Assembly (NCBI GenBank): GCA_937950605.1 | Contig: CALFDA010000020.1 | Span: forward strand, 1 to 56,128 | DNA from: an uncultured PS1 clade bacterium | GTDB taxonomy: Bacteria > Pseudomonadota > Gammaproteobacteria > PS1 > Pseudothioglobaceae | Reading direction: 5' to 3' | DNA length: 56,128 nucleotides | Shown here: positions 36,544 to 47,161 of the stretch, piece after piece | Position numbering within the stretch: the stretch's first letter is position 1 | Layout of the letters: each line of letters begins with the position of its first letter | Notes under the pieces: model-generated | What the model was told of the DNA's origin: nothing | Databases searched by the model: none | What the model saw: the letters and a program-made list of their open reading frames with translations, nothing else | Translations under genes and position numbers: made by a program

Positions 36544-39500
36544 TTAATTAAGTGATTGTATTGTTCTAACAGTGATTTTATTATACGTTTTTAAACCGTC
36601 AAGCATTGCAAATGCTGCTGCCACCGTTGTGGTAAATGGAACTTTATGTATTAAAGCTTGGCAACGAATCTCTGCAGCATCTTCAACACCTTGTGAATCT
36701 TCAGTGGAATTAATAATTAAATCAATTTCGCCATTTTTTATCATATCCACAATATGCGGGGAACCTTCTGATATTTTATTAATCACCTCACAATTCAATC
36801 CTGCATTGGTTAAAACTTCTTTATTACTACGCGTTGCAACTAAATCAAACCCTTGTGCCGTCAAGCGCTTACCTAGTTCAACCAAATCATTACGGTCTAA
36901 TCGACGCAAACTAACAAATACTTTGCCTGTTGTTGGTGCGCGAGAACCTGCAGCAAGTTGAGCTTTGTCAAAAGCAGAAGCAAAATCATCACCAACACCC
37001 ATTACTTCACCCGTAGAACGCATTTCAGGACCTAAAATTGGATCAACGCCTAAAAATTTATTAAATGGGAATACCGCTTCTTTAACGCTGAAGTGTTGTG
37101 GAATGACCTCTGTTATAAAACCTATATCCTTCAAAGTTTTACCTGACATAACGCGTGCTGCAATATTAGCAAGCGGGGTACCAATTGCTTTAGCAACAAA
37201 TGGAATGGTGCGCGACGCACGAGGATTAACCTCAATAATGTAAATTTCACCATCTTGATAAGCAAGCTGAGCGTTCATCAAGCCCACTACTCCTAATTTC
37301 TTTGCCATAGCAATAACTTGTGTACGCATCTCGTCCAAAACATCATTTGATAAAGAATACGGCGGCAAAGAGCAAGCCGAATCTCCTGAATGAATACCTG
37401 CTTGTTCAATATGTTGCATAATGCCACCAATCACTACATTTTCACCATCAGCAACAATATCAATATCAACTTCAATCGCATGGTCAAGAAATGAATCTAA
37501 TAACACTGGCGAATCGTTTGAGACTTGCACCGCAGTGTGCATATAGTGTTTTAGACTATCTTGATCATATACAATCTCCATCGCTCGACCACCTAACACA
37601 TAAGAAGGACGAACCACCAACGGGAAACCAATAGCATTGGCAATATCTTGTGCTTGATCTAGTGAACGCGCTGTGCCGTTTAAGGGTTGCTTCAAGCCCA
37701 ACTCTTGCAACATTTGTGAAAAGCGCTCACGATCTTCTGCTAAATCAATAGCATCGGGACTAGTGCCAATAATTTTAGTGCCACTTTGTTCTAATGCTTT
37801 AGCAAGTTTAAGCGGTGTTTGTCCACCATAATGCACAATAATGCCATCTGGGTTTTCAATCTCAACCACCGATAGCACATCTTCAAGGGTTAGTGGTTCA
37901 AAATATAGGCGATCAGATATGTCATAATCAGTAGAAACTGTTTCAGGATTGCAATTTAGCATAATGGTTTCATATCCATCTGCACGCAACGCCAAAGATG
38001 CATGCACACAACAGTAATCAAACTCTATACCTTGTCCAATGCGATTAGGACCACCCCCCAAAATCATAATCTTTTTTTTATCACTTGGTTTGGCTTCGCA
38101 CTGTTGCTGATATGTTGAATACAAATAAGCAGTCTGGGTATCGAATTCGGCTGCACAACTATCAACGCGCTTAAAAACGGGTAGAACATTGAGTGCTTTG
38201 CGGCGTTCGCGCACTGAAGATTCACTACAACAGCATAGTTGCGCTAAACGTGAATCAGAAAAACCTTTACGCTTCAATGCAAATAATTCATCTGCATTAA
38301 TATCAGCAATATTAGTGCCATTAATTTGCGCCTCACTTGCAACAATGTCTTCTATCTGTGCCAAAAACCATGGGTCAATTTTAGATAAATCAAATATTTC
38401 TTTGTTGGTCATGCCTAACCTAAATGCATCTGCCAAATAAAAAATACGCTCACTTCGTGCTGATATGCACTCTCTTCTAATTTGGTTGCGTGCATCATCA
38501 ACGCCTAAATCTATGATTGGGTCAAGCCCAACTTTATCTGTTTCTAAACTGCGTAAAGCTTTTTGTAATGACTCTTGAAAAGTTGAACCTATTGCCATTA
38601 CCTCACCTACTGACTTCATTTGTGTAGTCAATAAATCATCTGCTTTGGGGAATTTTTCAAAAGCAAATCGTGGAATTTTGATTACCACATAGTCAATACT
38701 TGGCTCAAAAGAGGCGGGCGTTCTGCCACCTGTAATATCATTATCCAGCTCGTCTAAAGTATAACCTACCGCAAGTTTTGCAGCCACTTTTGCAATTGGG
38801 AAACCTGTTGCTTTTGAGGCTAATGCTGATGATCGCGACACGCGCGGATTCATTTCAATAATAGTTAGACGACCATCTTTGGGATTAAGCGCAAACTGCA
38901 CATTAGAGCCACCTGTATCCACGCCAATTTCTCTAAGCACCGCTAGCGAGGCATTACGCATTACTTGGTATTCTTTGTCTGTTAAAGTTTGTGCGGGTGC
39001 AACTGTAATAGAATCCCCCGTATGCACACCAACTGGGTCAAAATTTTCAATAGAGCAAACGATGATGCAATTGTCTTTGGTATCGCGCACCACTTCCATT
39101 TCAAACTCTTTCCAACCTAAAATTGATTCTTCAACCAATAACTCATTGGTTGGTGATAAATCTAGACCACGCTTACAAATTTCAACAAATTCTTGTTTAT
39201 TATAGGCAATGCCGCCACCCGAACCACCCATTGTAAAAGAAGGGCGAATAACCGTTGGGAAGCCAACAATTTTTTGAATAGCAAATGCCTCTTTCATGTT
39301 ATGCGCAACTGCCGCTTTAGGCATATCAAGACCAATTTTAAGCATGGCTTCGCGGAACAAATCACGATCTTCGGCTTTGTCAATGGCTACTTTTGTAGCA
39401 CCAATCATCTCCACGCCATACTCTTCTAATACGCCATGACGCTCCAAATCTAGTGCACAATTTAGTGCGGTTTGTCCACCCATAGTGGGTAACAACGCAT

Positions 39501-39750
39501 CTGGTTTTTCGCTTTCAATAATCTTTTTAACCGTACGCCATTCAATAGGTTCAATATAGGTGCTGTCAGCCATTTGTGGATCAGTCATAATGGTGGCAGG
39601 GTTAGAGTTCACCAAAATAACACGATAACCTTCTTCGCGTAATGCTGTGCAAGCTTGAGCACCTGAATAATCAAATTCGCACGCTTGCCCAATGACGATT
39701 GGACCTGCGCCAATAATTAAAATACTTGTTATGTCTTGTCTTTTGGGCAT
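36544..39750 (-). CDS. carB: Carbamoyl-phosphate synthase large subunit
   Basis: True start MPKRQDI at ATG 39750; [10 protein letters not shown], duplicated ATP-grasp domains and MGS domain. Confidence 0.98.
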   Translation of the reverse strand: MPKRQDITSILIIGAGPIVIGQACEFDYSGAQACTALREEGYRVILVNSNPATIMTDPQMADSTYIEPIEWRTVKKIIESEKPDALLPTMGGQTALNCALDLERHGVLEEYGVEMIGATKVAIDKAEDRDLFREAMLKIGLDMPKAAVAHNMKEAFAIQKIVGFPTVIRPSFTMGGSGGGIAYNKQEFVEICKRGLDLSPTNELLVEESILGWKEFEMEVVRDTKDNCIIVCSIENFDPVGVHTGDSITVAPAQTLTDKEYQVMRNASLAVLREIGVDTGGSNVQFALNPKDGRLTIIEMNPRVSRSSALASKATGFPIAKVAAKLAVGYTLDELDNDITGGRTPASFEPSIDYVVIKIPRFAFEKFPKADDLLTTQMKSVGEVMAIGSTFQESLQKALRSLETDKVGLDPIIDLGVDDARNQIRRECISARSERIFYLADAFRLGMTNKEIFDLSKIDPWFLAQIEDIVASEAQINGTNIADINADELFALKRKGFSDSRLAQLCCCSESSVRERRKALNVLPVFKRVDSCAAEFDTQTAYLYSTYQQQCEAKPSDKKKIMILGGGPNRIGQGIEFDYCCVHASLALRADGYETIMLNCNPETVSTDYDISDRLYFEPLTLEDVLSVVEIENPDGIIVHYGGQTPLKLAKALEQSGTKIIGTSPDAIDLAEDRERFSQMLQELGLKQPLNGTARSLDQAQDIANAIGFPLVVRPSYVLGGRAMEIVYDQDSLKHYMHTAVQVSNDSPVLLDSFLDHAIEVDIDIVADGENVVIGGIMQHIEQAGIHSGDSACSLPPYSLSNDVLDEMRTQVIAMAKKLGVVGLMNAQLAYQDGEIYIIEVNPRASRTIPFVAKAIGTPLANIAARVMSGKTLKDIGFITEVIPQHFSVKEAVFPFNKFLGVDPILGPEMRSTGEVMGVGDDFASAFDKAQLAAGSRAPTTGKVFVSLRRLDRNDLVELGKRLTAQGFDLVATRSNKEVLTNAGLNCEVINKISEGSPHIVDMIKNGEIDLIINSTEDSQGVEDAAEIRCQALIHKVPFTTTVAAAFAMLDGLKTYNKITVRTIQSLN

Positions 39751-39778
39751 TGTGTTTATGTGTGCTGAATATTGTTGT

Positions 39779-40468
39779 TTAAAATTCGTCGTCTTCGGTC
39801 GGAGGGTTGCCATTATGTATTTCGTAACCTCGTTTTTGCAAATAAGCAGACCTAGCAACAATATAAGGATCATGCGAGCGTTTGACTAAATTTATTGCTG
39901 GAGATAATTTAACACGTGTATCCAGTGCTTGTAGTGCAGCTACGCTAACTTTTTTATCGGTGTTGATATTTTCGGTATACTTTGCTGTTTGCACTCCATC
40001 TACTACACTTCCTGTTGCATCACGCACAGTTGATGGACCCAATACTGGTAACACCACATAAGGACCTTCTGAGACCCCCCAAACCGCCATAGTCTGACCA
40101 AAATCTTCTTGTGTCTTTTCAAAACCCATCTCGCTTGCCACATCAAACAAACCAAACAAACCTATGGTAGAGTTAATCACAACTCTACCCAATGTATTAG
40201 CACCATTAATAAATTCAAGCTGTACTATTTCATTACCTAATGTACCAATATCACCAATATTAGAAGAAAAATCACTCACCATCTTTTGCACTGGCTGCGG
40301 TATATTTTCTTCATAAGATGTTGCGACTGGCTCGAATAATTCCTTATCCACACTTTGATTAAATTCAAAAATCTCCCTGTTAGTTTGTTCAAACGGGTCA
40401 ACTTCATCAGCAAAAATTTCTATACTGAGTATCAAGCACAAAAAATTTATTAGTAAAATTTTCATCAA
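39779..40468 (-). CDS. mlaA: MlaA/VacJ family outer-membrane lipid asymmetry protein
   Basis: [44 protein letters not shown] and DPY..RSAYLQ motifs. Confidence 0.92.
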   Translation of the reverse strand: MMKILLINFLCLILSIEIFADEVDPFEQTNREIFEFNQSVDKELFEPVATSYEENIPQPVQKMVSDFSSNIGDIGTLGNEIVQLEFINGANTLGRVVINSTIGLFGLFDVASEMGFEKTQEDFGQTMAVWGVSEGPYVVLPVLGPSTVRDATGSVVDGVQTAKYTENINTDKKVSVAALQALDTRVKLSPAINLVKRSHDPYIVARSAYLQKRGYEIHNGNPPTEDDEF

Positions 40469-41580
40469 CTCATTTCTTGTATAAACGCATCAAATAAATA
40501 ACCCATATCATGCGGACCCGGTGATGCTTCTGGATGTCCTTGAAAACCAAATGCCTTTTTGCCAACCACCTTAACACCTTGAATTGTGCCGTCAAATAGT
40601 GATTTATGGGTCACCTCAAGATGGGCTGGAATATTGTTTTTTGATACACAAAACCCGTGATTTTGCGAAGTAATCATAACTTGCTTAGAATGCAAATCTT
40701 GCACGGGATGATTAGCACCATGATGTCCAACCGCCATTTTTTCGGTGCTTGCTCCACTCGCTAATGATAATAGTTGATGTCCTAGACAAATACCAAACAT
40801 CGGCATATTTTTTTCTAACAAAATGCGAATGTTTTTAACTGCATACCCGCATGGCTGTGGATCACCCGGACCATTAGACAAAAATACACCATCAGGATTC
40901 ATAGCCAAAACCTCTTGTGCTGGTGTTTGTGCATTAACCACTGTCAAATCACAACCTCTATCAACCAACATTCTTAAAATATTGTGCTTAACACCATAAT
41001 CATAAACAACTACTTTGAATTTTTTATCCAGCGCGTTAAACTCGTTTTTTTCAAGTGAGTAAGAGCCTTTATTAAATGTATATTTTGTAGATGTTGAAAC
41101 TATTTTTGCTAAATCCATATTTTTAAGACCCGCAAACGCTTGTGCTTTGGCAACTGCCACATCTTGCTCAAGTGCCTCGGTAACAATGCAACCCTTAAGC
41201 GCACCCCTATCACGCAAATGGCGCGTTAGTGCCCGTGTATCAATATCGCTAATAGCAACGATATTGTTAATAGATAAATATTCATCAAGTGATATTTGGC
41301 TACGCCAACTACTGTGTAAAAGTGGCAAATCACGAATAATTAAACCAGCAGCATGAATTGCTTTGGATTCTTCATCAATTAAATTAGTTCCAGTATTACC
41401 AATATGTGGGTAAGTGAGCACCACTATTTGCTTGGCGTATGAAGGGTCGGTGAGAATTTCTTGATATCCTGTCATTGAAGTGTTAAACACCACTTCTCCA
41501 ACTGTATCGCCACTCACACCAATTGATTTCCCTTTAAAAATCAGACCGTCTTCTAGTGCTAGTAAGGCAATTTGCGACAC
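40465..41580 (-). CDS. carA: Carbamoyl-phosphate synthase small subunit
   Basis: [28 protein letters not shown] and [10 protein letters not shown] motifs; GTG start. Confidence 0.98.
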   Translation of the reverse strand: MSQIALLALEDGLIFKGKSIGVSGDTVGEVVFNTSMTGYQEILTDPSYAKQIVVLTYPHIGNTGTNLIDEESKAIHAAGLIIRDLPLLHSSWRSQISLDEYLSINNIVAISDIDTRALTRHLRDRGALKGCIVTEALEQDVAVAKAQAFAGLKNMDLAKIVSTSTKYTFNKGSYSLEKNEFNALDKKFKVVVYDYGVKHNILRMLVDRGCDLTVVNAQTPAQEVLAMNPDGVFLSNGPGDPQPCGYAVKNIRILLEKNMPMFGICLGHQLLSLASGASTEKMAVGHHGANHPVQDLHSKQVMITSQNHGFCVSKNNIPAHLEVTHKSLFDGTIQGVKVVGKKAFGFQGHPEASPGPHDMGYLFDAFIQEMS

Positions 41581-41889
41581 TAAAATACCCCCATATAAGT
41601 TGTGTTGCTATAGGTTTATATATTGCACAGCGGTATTTTTTATCTTGAAATCTCTAATTGTAAAATGAGAAAATATAATACAAAAAACACAGAAATTACT
41701 AATAGCCGCAAGCAAGAAAGTTAAAAACAATCTAATTAAGTTATTTTTATTCTTCTTGAATTTATAACAAACAGGCAAACCCTAACAAAAAAAATTTTGA
41801 GAATTTTATCATAAATGAGGCTTAGACTGACACTCGGATTAGCAAATTACGATGATATAATGAGTCCAAAAATCAAACAATAAAACATT

Positions 41890-42159
41890 ATGAATATTAC
41901 AGTTGAAAACATTAAATGTAGTGGTTGTGCGGCTATGATTAGCAAAAAACTTAATGAGAAGTTTAATACTGATAGCACCGAAGTAGATGTAGAACAAGGT
42001 GTTGTAAGTATCAATATTAGCAACGCAAAAAGTGATGAAGTTGCTGATGCGTTGCTTAATTTAGGCTACCCTAAAATTAATTCGGTTAATGGTCTTGCAT
42101 CAGCCAAAGCCAAAGCCAAATCTTTTGTTTCTTGTGCAATTGGAAAAATTGATAAATGA
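41890..42159 (+). CDS. Heavy-metal-associated (HMA/CopZ-like) domain protein
   Basis: 89 aa; IKCSGCA metal-binding CxxC and LGYP loop; extra C-terminal SCAIG. Confidence 0.8.
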   Translation: MNITVENIKCSGCAAMISKKLNEKFNTDSTEVDVEQGVVSINISNAKSDEVADALLNLGYPKINSVNGLASAKAKAKSFVSCAIGKIDK

Positions 42160-42350
42160 TTGTTGTTAACGGAAAAACCTTAAGCATTAAAAATATTACT
42201 GCCCAAAATCTAATCAAGCAACTAGGGTATGAAAATCAACGTATAGCTTTGGAAGTCAACAAGGCAATTATTCCAAGATCTCAATATGTTGATTTTGTCT
42301 TAAATGATGGAGATGTTTGTGAAATTATTAAAGCAGTTGGTGGAGGCTAA
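42156..42350 (+). CDS. thiS: Sulfur carrier protein ThiS
   Basis: 64 aa ubiquitin-like; VNG, IALEVN and C-terminal AVGGG; ATGA overlap with the HMA gene. Confidence 0.9.
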   Translation: MIVVNGKTLSIKNITAQNLIKQLGYENQRIALEVNKAIIPRSQYVDFVLNDGDVCEIIKAVGGG

Positions 42351-43402
42351 AGTATCCAAGTTTTTTCGATTTCATTATTAGAAAACGGTTTAACACTGAG
42401 TCTTTGGGTGATACCCGAATTCATGTTTACCTCTACATCTACAATGTTTTTATCTCTGTCTTGGGAATAGCGTGCTAATATCCGCGCAGCGATTGTTAAA
42501 TCCTTTTGCTTAAACTCTCCGTCAAGTAGCGATAAAGGTCCATTGCAACTAATTGGGTATAGATTCGCATATTGATTGCGATAACCTTGCAAAAATTTCA
42601 CCTCACCCTCTTCTCTGGCAATAATCATTTTAAAATGCGGATTTGGACGAATATGTCGCCCAACTTTTAACATTATTAAATCATCTAATTGATATTCTCG
42701 ATTACCTCTTGAGTGCCACATATCAACCAGCCTATTTGAATATTGTTTATCAGTTAAAAAGCAACAACCGCCTGCAGGTGTAGCATAGTCTTTAAATCCA
42801 TATTGCTTTGCCAATGCTATTTGTGGTTTACGTGTTCTACCTGAAAAATTTAACAATTTTTCTCTATCCACCCAACCCTCACGCTCTGGTTTAGTCAATG
42901 GCAAATGTTGTGCGCATAATGGACGTAACAACAAATCTTTTGCACCCGAGTCTTGTTGCACAATCGGCATTGTGTCTTTTCTTTGCGACATTGGTCTTTG
43001 ACCTATAACCTCACCAGTAATAATAAAATCAAAGTTATTTTTCTGTATCCATTCATGTGCTTTTTTCACCATAAAAGCTTTGCAATCAAGACAAGGATTC
43101 ATATTTTTTCCGTAACCATGTTTAGGGTTTAAAAGCACATCACGATAGGGTTTAATTACATCGACAATATGTAGTTTGATGCCGAGTTGTTGCGCCACCC
43201 ATAGTGCATCATTACGCTTTTGTTTATCGTTTTTTTGCTTACGAATAGCGTGTGTATGTCCTTGCACACAAAATCCTGTAAAAAAATTAATGCCCTCTAC
43301 ATGTATGCCTTGATCAAGCAATAATTTAGTGCTCAATAGCGAATCAAGACCCCCTGATATTAGTGATATTGCTCTAATTTGTTTGTGGTTTGTGTTATCC
43401 AT
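42347..43402 (-). CDS. PP-loop ATPase, ThiI/MnmA-like tRNA sulfurtransferase with a C-terminal DUF814-like region
   Basis: SGGLDS PP-loop, NPCLDCK, TGEVIGQRPMSQ, RPL, PAGGCC.LTD and KVGRH motifs; no THUMP domain. Confidence 0.8.
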   Translation of the reverse strand: MDNTNHKQIRAISLISGGLDSLLSTKLLLDQGIHVEGINFFTGFCVQGHTHAIRKQKNDKQKRNDALWVAQQLGIKLHIVDVIKPYRDVLLNPKHGYGKNMNPCLDCKAFMVKKAHEWIQKNNFDFIITGEVIGQRPMSQRKDTMPIVQQDSGAKDLLLRPLCAQHLPLTKPEREGWVDREKLLNFSGRTRKPQIALAKQYGFKDYATPAGGCCFLTDKQYSNRLVDMWHSRGNREYQLDDLIMLKVGRHIRPNPHFKMIIAREEGEVKFLQGYRNQYANLYPISCNGPLSLLDGEFKQKDLTIAARILARYSQDRDKNIVDVEVNMNSGITQRLSVKPFSNNEIEKTWIL

Positions 43403-43404
43403 TT

Positions 43405-43605
43405 TTGTTTTATAGTGCTAACAACTCGACACCAATTGTCTTTTGTGCTATTTCCAACTCCAAGCCTGCAAAATACTCACTATAAAGGGTTAAGTATAAT
43501 CGCTAATTGCTTATGCAAAATGCCAGATAAAACAACTTTTAAGCCCGATTTAACTAAAACAACAAAATGTGCATTTAAGTTTATCAAGGAATTTACCAAA
43601 ACCTT
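43405..43605 (-). pseudogene. prmA: 3' remnant of ribosomal protein L11 methyltransferase
   Basis: Across two frameshifts reads LVNSLINLNAHFVVLVKSGLKVVLSGILHKQ../YSEYF../KDNWCRVV, resembling the PrmA C-terminus (LSGIL..Q..Y..F..EEWCRI); 5' part absent. Confidence 0.7.
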
Positions 43606-43698
43606 ATCACACAAAAATAATTTATTGTGATTTTATTTTTATGAAAAAATTTAATAAACCCCCATACTAATACACGTACTTTTGGTGTATTTATATAT

Positions 43699-44217
43699 TT
43701 AGTGTTTTGACTTTGACCCAAAATAAAGTGCCAAAGAGACCATTAAAATACCTAATGAAAAATACACCAAATCTAGTGTAACCGTAAAACTCATCAATAA
43801 AGACAACTCAAAAAAAGTAACTACCAAAATCATCAAAATAACCTTAGCAAGCTTTGCTTTTAAGTCATCAAGTGAGTTTATAACTAGCACCTTTGATGAG
43901 CGTTCACTATTTTTAGCATCATCAATATCACTAATAAACAACTCATACAAGCCTAAAGAAAATATCAAAAGAATGGTTGCCAACAAAAATCCATCAATAG
44001 CACTCACTGTGTGCGCTACAATTTCGGTTTTCATTGTTTTTCTAAGCTCAATTGTTGCGTCTAAATATTCACCAGCATGCATAAAAAGTGAACCAACATC
44101 AATCGCAGTAATAACAAACAACACCAGCGACAATAACAATGAAGAAATAACTGCCACAAGAACCATAAAGCGCGAGCTCCACAAAAATTTTTCAAAATAT
44201 TTTTCGATTGTCCTCAT
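43699..44217 (-). CDS. YqhA (UPF0114) family membrane protein
   Basis: 172 aa, 4 TM; IDGFL, GLYELFISDID and SLDDLKAKL motifs. Confidence 0.85.
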   Translation of the reverse strand: MRTIEKYFEKFLWSSRFMVLVAVISSLLLSLVLFVITAIDVGSLFMHAGEYLDATIELRKTMKTEIVAHTVSAIDGFLLATILLIFSLGLYELFISDIDDAKNSERSSKVLVINSLDDLKAKLAKVILMILVVTFFELSLLMSFTVTLDLVYFSLGILMVSLALYFGSKSKH

Positions 44218-44326
44218 TTATTAACTCCTTTTTTTAAAAAAAATAAAGGTTTAGTATATTACAATATAATTACAAAAATATAGTTACAAAGCAAACTGTT
44301 TACCATATATGTTTCAAACACAAGGT

Positions 44327-44368
44327 GTTGGTTTTTATTAGTTGGTTTTTATTAGTTGGTTTTTATTA
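44327..44368. repeat. Three perfect tandem 14-bp repeats GTTGGTTTTTATTA
   Basis: Units at 44327, 44341 and 44355, about 115 bp upstream of the dnaA start. Confidence 0.95.
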
Positions 44369-44482
44369 TTTTATACAACACCGCTGCTTGGTAAAATGCC
44401 CGAATACCTCATATACCTGTTTTTTAAAAACAAACGCCATTCAAAACGCAATTGGGCAAATGCTATTATAATCGAGATAATT

Positions 44483-45775
44483 ATGTCAAAAACTTGGGAA
44501 AAATGCTTGGAAACTTTAAAACACACTGTTCCAGTGGGACAGTTTAGTGTTTGGATAAAACCACTAAAAGCACAAGAAAAAAACAATACGTTGACAATAT
44601 TAGCACCTAACGAATCCACGTTAAAATACCTAAAAAAAAATCTAAAACAAAAAATCAAGGAATCTGTTACACGACAAAACAAAAATCTTAAAATCTTAAT
44701 TAGTGTTACAACACAAGCAACAACTAGAAAACACCATAAAACACCTCTTTTAGATGAATATACATTCGAAAATTTGGTTTTAGGAAACGCCAACCAAATA
44801 GCCTATAGTGCCATTTATCAGATTGCTCAAAACCCCAAACTCTCGCCATATAATCCTTGTATTGTATATGGTGGTTCGGGTTTAGGAAAAACACATTTAA
44901 TGCAAGCTGCGGGGCATATGGTAAAAGAAAGAAGCACTAAAACCAAAGTTGTTTACATACCACTGATGGATTTTGTTAGAAATATTACCACTAGTCTTCG
45001 CCATAACACCATTGAAAATATCAAAAATTATTATCAATCAGCTGATTTGTTGTTAGTCGATGATATTCATTTAATTGCTGGAAAAGAAAAATCCCAAGAG
45101 GAATTTTTTCATATTTTTAACTTTCTGTTTAGCACAAAAAAACAAATTATATTCACCTGTGATCAACCACCGAAAAACATTAAGTCTTTAGAAGAGCGCT
45201 TAAAAACAAGGTTTTCTCAAGGTCTAAACCTACTCTTAAAACCGCCAGAACTAGAAATGCGCGCCGCCATTTTGCTTAAAAAAGCACATAATAAAAAAAT
45301 TAACATCAACCTAAGCGAAGATGCAGCACTTTATATTGCAACTAACATAGACTCAAATGTAAGGGATTTAGAAGGTGCATTATTAAAGCTAAAAGCGTTT
45401 ACTGATTTTTCTACAACACCTAAACTCATTATTAACAAAGAAGTTGTAGATACTGCACTAGCAGATTTAATTAAACCACAAGCACTAAACATTGATATTA
45501 ACGATATACAAAAAACAACAGCCAAACACTACGCTATTACTGTATCAGACTTAAGTTCAAAAAGTCGCAAACAACACATTGTGATAGCTCGACAAATGGC
45601 TGTTTTTATATCCCATGAGCTTACTAACCTATCATTGGCAAAAATTGGAAAACATTTTGGAAACCGAGACCATTCCACTGTTTTACACGCTATCAAAAAA
45701 ATCGAATCAAATATCGAAGAGTCTGAAATAAAAAACAATTACGAAACAATTAAATTAAAATTATCCAACTTATAA
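44483..45775 (+). CDS. dnaA: Chromosomal replication initiator DnaA
   Basis: Start MSKTWEKCL at 44483; YGGSGLGKTHL, LLVDD, SNVRDLEGAL and RDHSTVLHA motifs. Confidence 0.98.
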   Translation: MSKTWEKCLETLKHTVPVGQFSVWIKPLKAQEKNNTLTILAPNESTLKYLKKNLKQKIKESVTRQNKNLKILISVTTQATTRKHHKTPLLDEYTFENLVLGNANQIAYSAIYQIAQNPKLSPYNPCIVYGGSGLGKTHLMQAAGHMVKERSTKTKVVYIPLMDFVRNITTSLRHNTIENIKNYYQSADLLLVDDIHLIAGKEKSQEEFFHIFNFLFSTKKQIIFTCDQPPKNIKSLEERLKTRFSQGLNLLLKPPELEMRAAILLKKAHNKKININLSEDAALYIATNIDSNVRDLEGALLKLKAFTDFSTTPKLIINKEVVDTALADLIKPQALNIDINDIQKTTAKHYAITVSDLSSKSRKQHIVIARQMAVFISHELTNLSLAKIGKHFGNRDHSTVLHAIKKIESNIEESEIKNNYETIKLKLSNL

Positions 45776-45974
45776 ACATTGTCCACAATAACTTTTACAC
45801 TTGGTTGTTGATAACTCTAACAACTAAACAAATTATTATATTTTATAAACACAACCCCAAATTTTTACATAAAATAACCACCAAGATACCAACAACTTAA
45901 TCTATTGTTTTTTAGAAAAAATAACTTGTTTTCGACAAAAAAAACTTAACTAACAATAATAATAAATAATAACT
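45761..45974. other. Probable replication origin (oriC) in the dnaA-dnaN spacer
   Basis: Near-consensus DnaA boxes: TTGTCCACA 45779-45787, TGTTGATAA 45806-45814 (reverse TTATCAACA), TTATAAACA 45843-45851 and TTTTCGACA 45929-45937; followed by an AT-rich TAACAATAATAATAAATAATAAC tract. Confidence 0.55.
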
Positions 45975-47078
45975 ATGGATACACAACTTACAGTAAGCGA
46001 ACTACTAGAACCATTACAAACCGTTATCAGTGTTGTTGAAAACAAACCTAGTCTACCTATCTTATCACATGTATTAATTCAATTAGAAGGTGGTGAATTA
46101 AAATTAAAAACCACTGATATGGAAATCGAGATCCATGCATTTAGAAAAATACAAGCCCAAGAAAAAGTTAGTTTTACAATTTATGCAAAAGATCTGATCG
46201 ATATTATCCGCAAACTAGAAGAAAAAACGGTTATTAAATTCAACATCAAAAAATCAAAAGTCAATATAAAAACCAATAACAACTCATTTGAACTCAACAC
46301 ATTCAACGCTCAAGATTTTCCAAAATCACCAAAAATTGATGATGGTGAAATTATCAATATTAACCGCGCAGATTTAAAAGATCTTGTTAAAAAAACTTCT
46401 TTTTCTATGGGAAACCAAGACATTCGCGCTTATTTAAACGGTTTATATTTTGAAATCAACAATGAAAATGTCATTGCTGTCGCAACAGATGGACACAGAC
46501 TCTCATTTGGTGAAATCAAACAAAATAACAATTTAGAACAACAAAAAACAGTCATCATTCCGAAAAAAACCGTGTCAGAACTTAACAAAATTTTAAAAAA
46601 AGAAGGTGATACAAACATTGACATACATCTATCAAAAAATTACTTTTACCTAAAAACAAATGATACAACTGTAATCAGCCGTTTAATTGATGGCAATTTT
46701 CCAAATTATGAACAAGTAATCCCAACAAATTACGAAAACACAGCTATTATTAATCGCAAAAATTTTTTAGATAGTCTACAACAAGCCTCAATTTTTGTTG
46801 AAGAGCGGACTAGGGGTGTAAAATTAACGTTTAAAGATGGTGAACTCAATATATTTTCTCATTCAGAGCGTGGTCAAGCTAAAACTAAAATCAATATTAA
46901 AAACTTCAATAAAGAAACAGATATTGCTTTTAATATCAATTACTTAATAAGTGTTTTAGAGGTGTTAACCACCGATGAAATTAGTATGGTGTTGCCTAGC
47001 GAAAATTACCAATCTTGTTTATTGAGTAGTGTTGATGATAAAAGTTACAAGTATGTTGTAATGCCGATGAAAATATAA
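45975..47078 (+). CDS. dnaN: DNA polymerase III beta sliding clamp
   Basis: LPILSHV, ATDGHRL, LIDGNFPNY, FNINYL and C-terminal VVMPMKI. Confidence 0.97.
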   Translation: MDTQLTVSELLEPLQTVISVVENKPSLPILSHVLIQLEGGELKLKTTDMEIEIHAFRKIQAQEKVSFTIYAKDLIDIIRKLEEKTVIKFNIKKSKVNIKTNNNSFELNTFNAQDFPKSPKIDDGEIININRADLKDLVKKTSFSMGNQDIRAYLNGLYFEINNENVIAVATDGHRLSFGEIKQNNNLEQQKTVIIPKKTVSELNKILKKEGDTNIDIHLSKNYFYLKTNDTTVISRLIDGNFPNYEQVIPTNYENTAIINRKNFLDSLQQASIFVEERTRGVKLTFKDGELNIFSHSERGQAKTKINIKNFNKETDIAFNINYLISVLEVLTTDEISMVLPSENYQSCLLSSVDDKSYKYVVMPMKI

Positions 47079-47107
47079 TTTAAGATTTGACATCAACAAA
47101 CACCAAA

Positions 47108-47136
47108 TTGATTTTCACTTTCAATTAGAGTAGAAT
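47108..47136 (+). promoter_or_regulatory. Candidate sigma70 promoter for tpiA-secG
   Basis: TTGATT-17 bp-TAGAAT, ending 25 nt before the tpiA ATG. Confidence 0.5.
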
Positions 47137-47161
47137 CTTTTAGTTTAATCTAAACAATATT

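Noticed and set aside
39751-39873. 41-aa N-terminal extension of CarB in the ORF track (similar extensions on NuoJ, NuoB, DnaA and the restriction gene)
   Set aside because: Artefacts of longest-ORF calling; family-typical N-termini start at downstream ATGs
44327-44368. Tandem 14-mers as a CRISPR array
   Set aside because: No spacers, repeats too short and no cas genes
44370-47080. Apparent switch from A/C-rich to G/T-rich + strand near 46950 as a GC-skew origin marker
   Set aside because: Judged by eye only; dinG further downstream is again A/C-rich, so a computed genome-wide skew is needed
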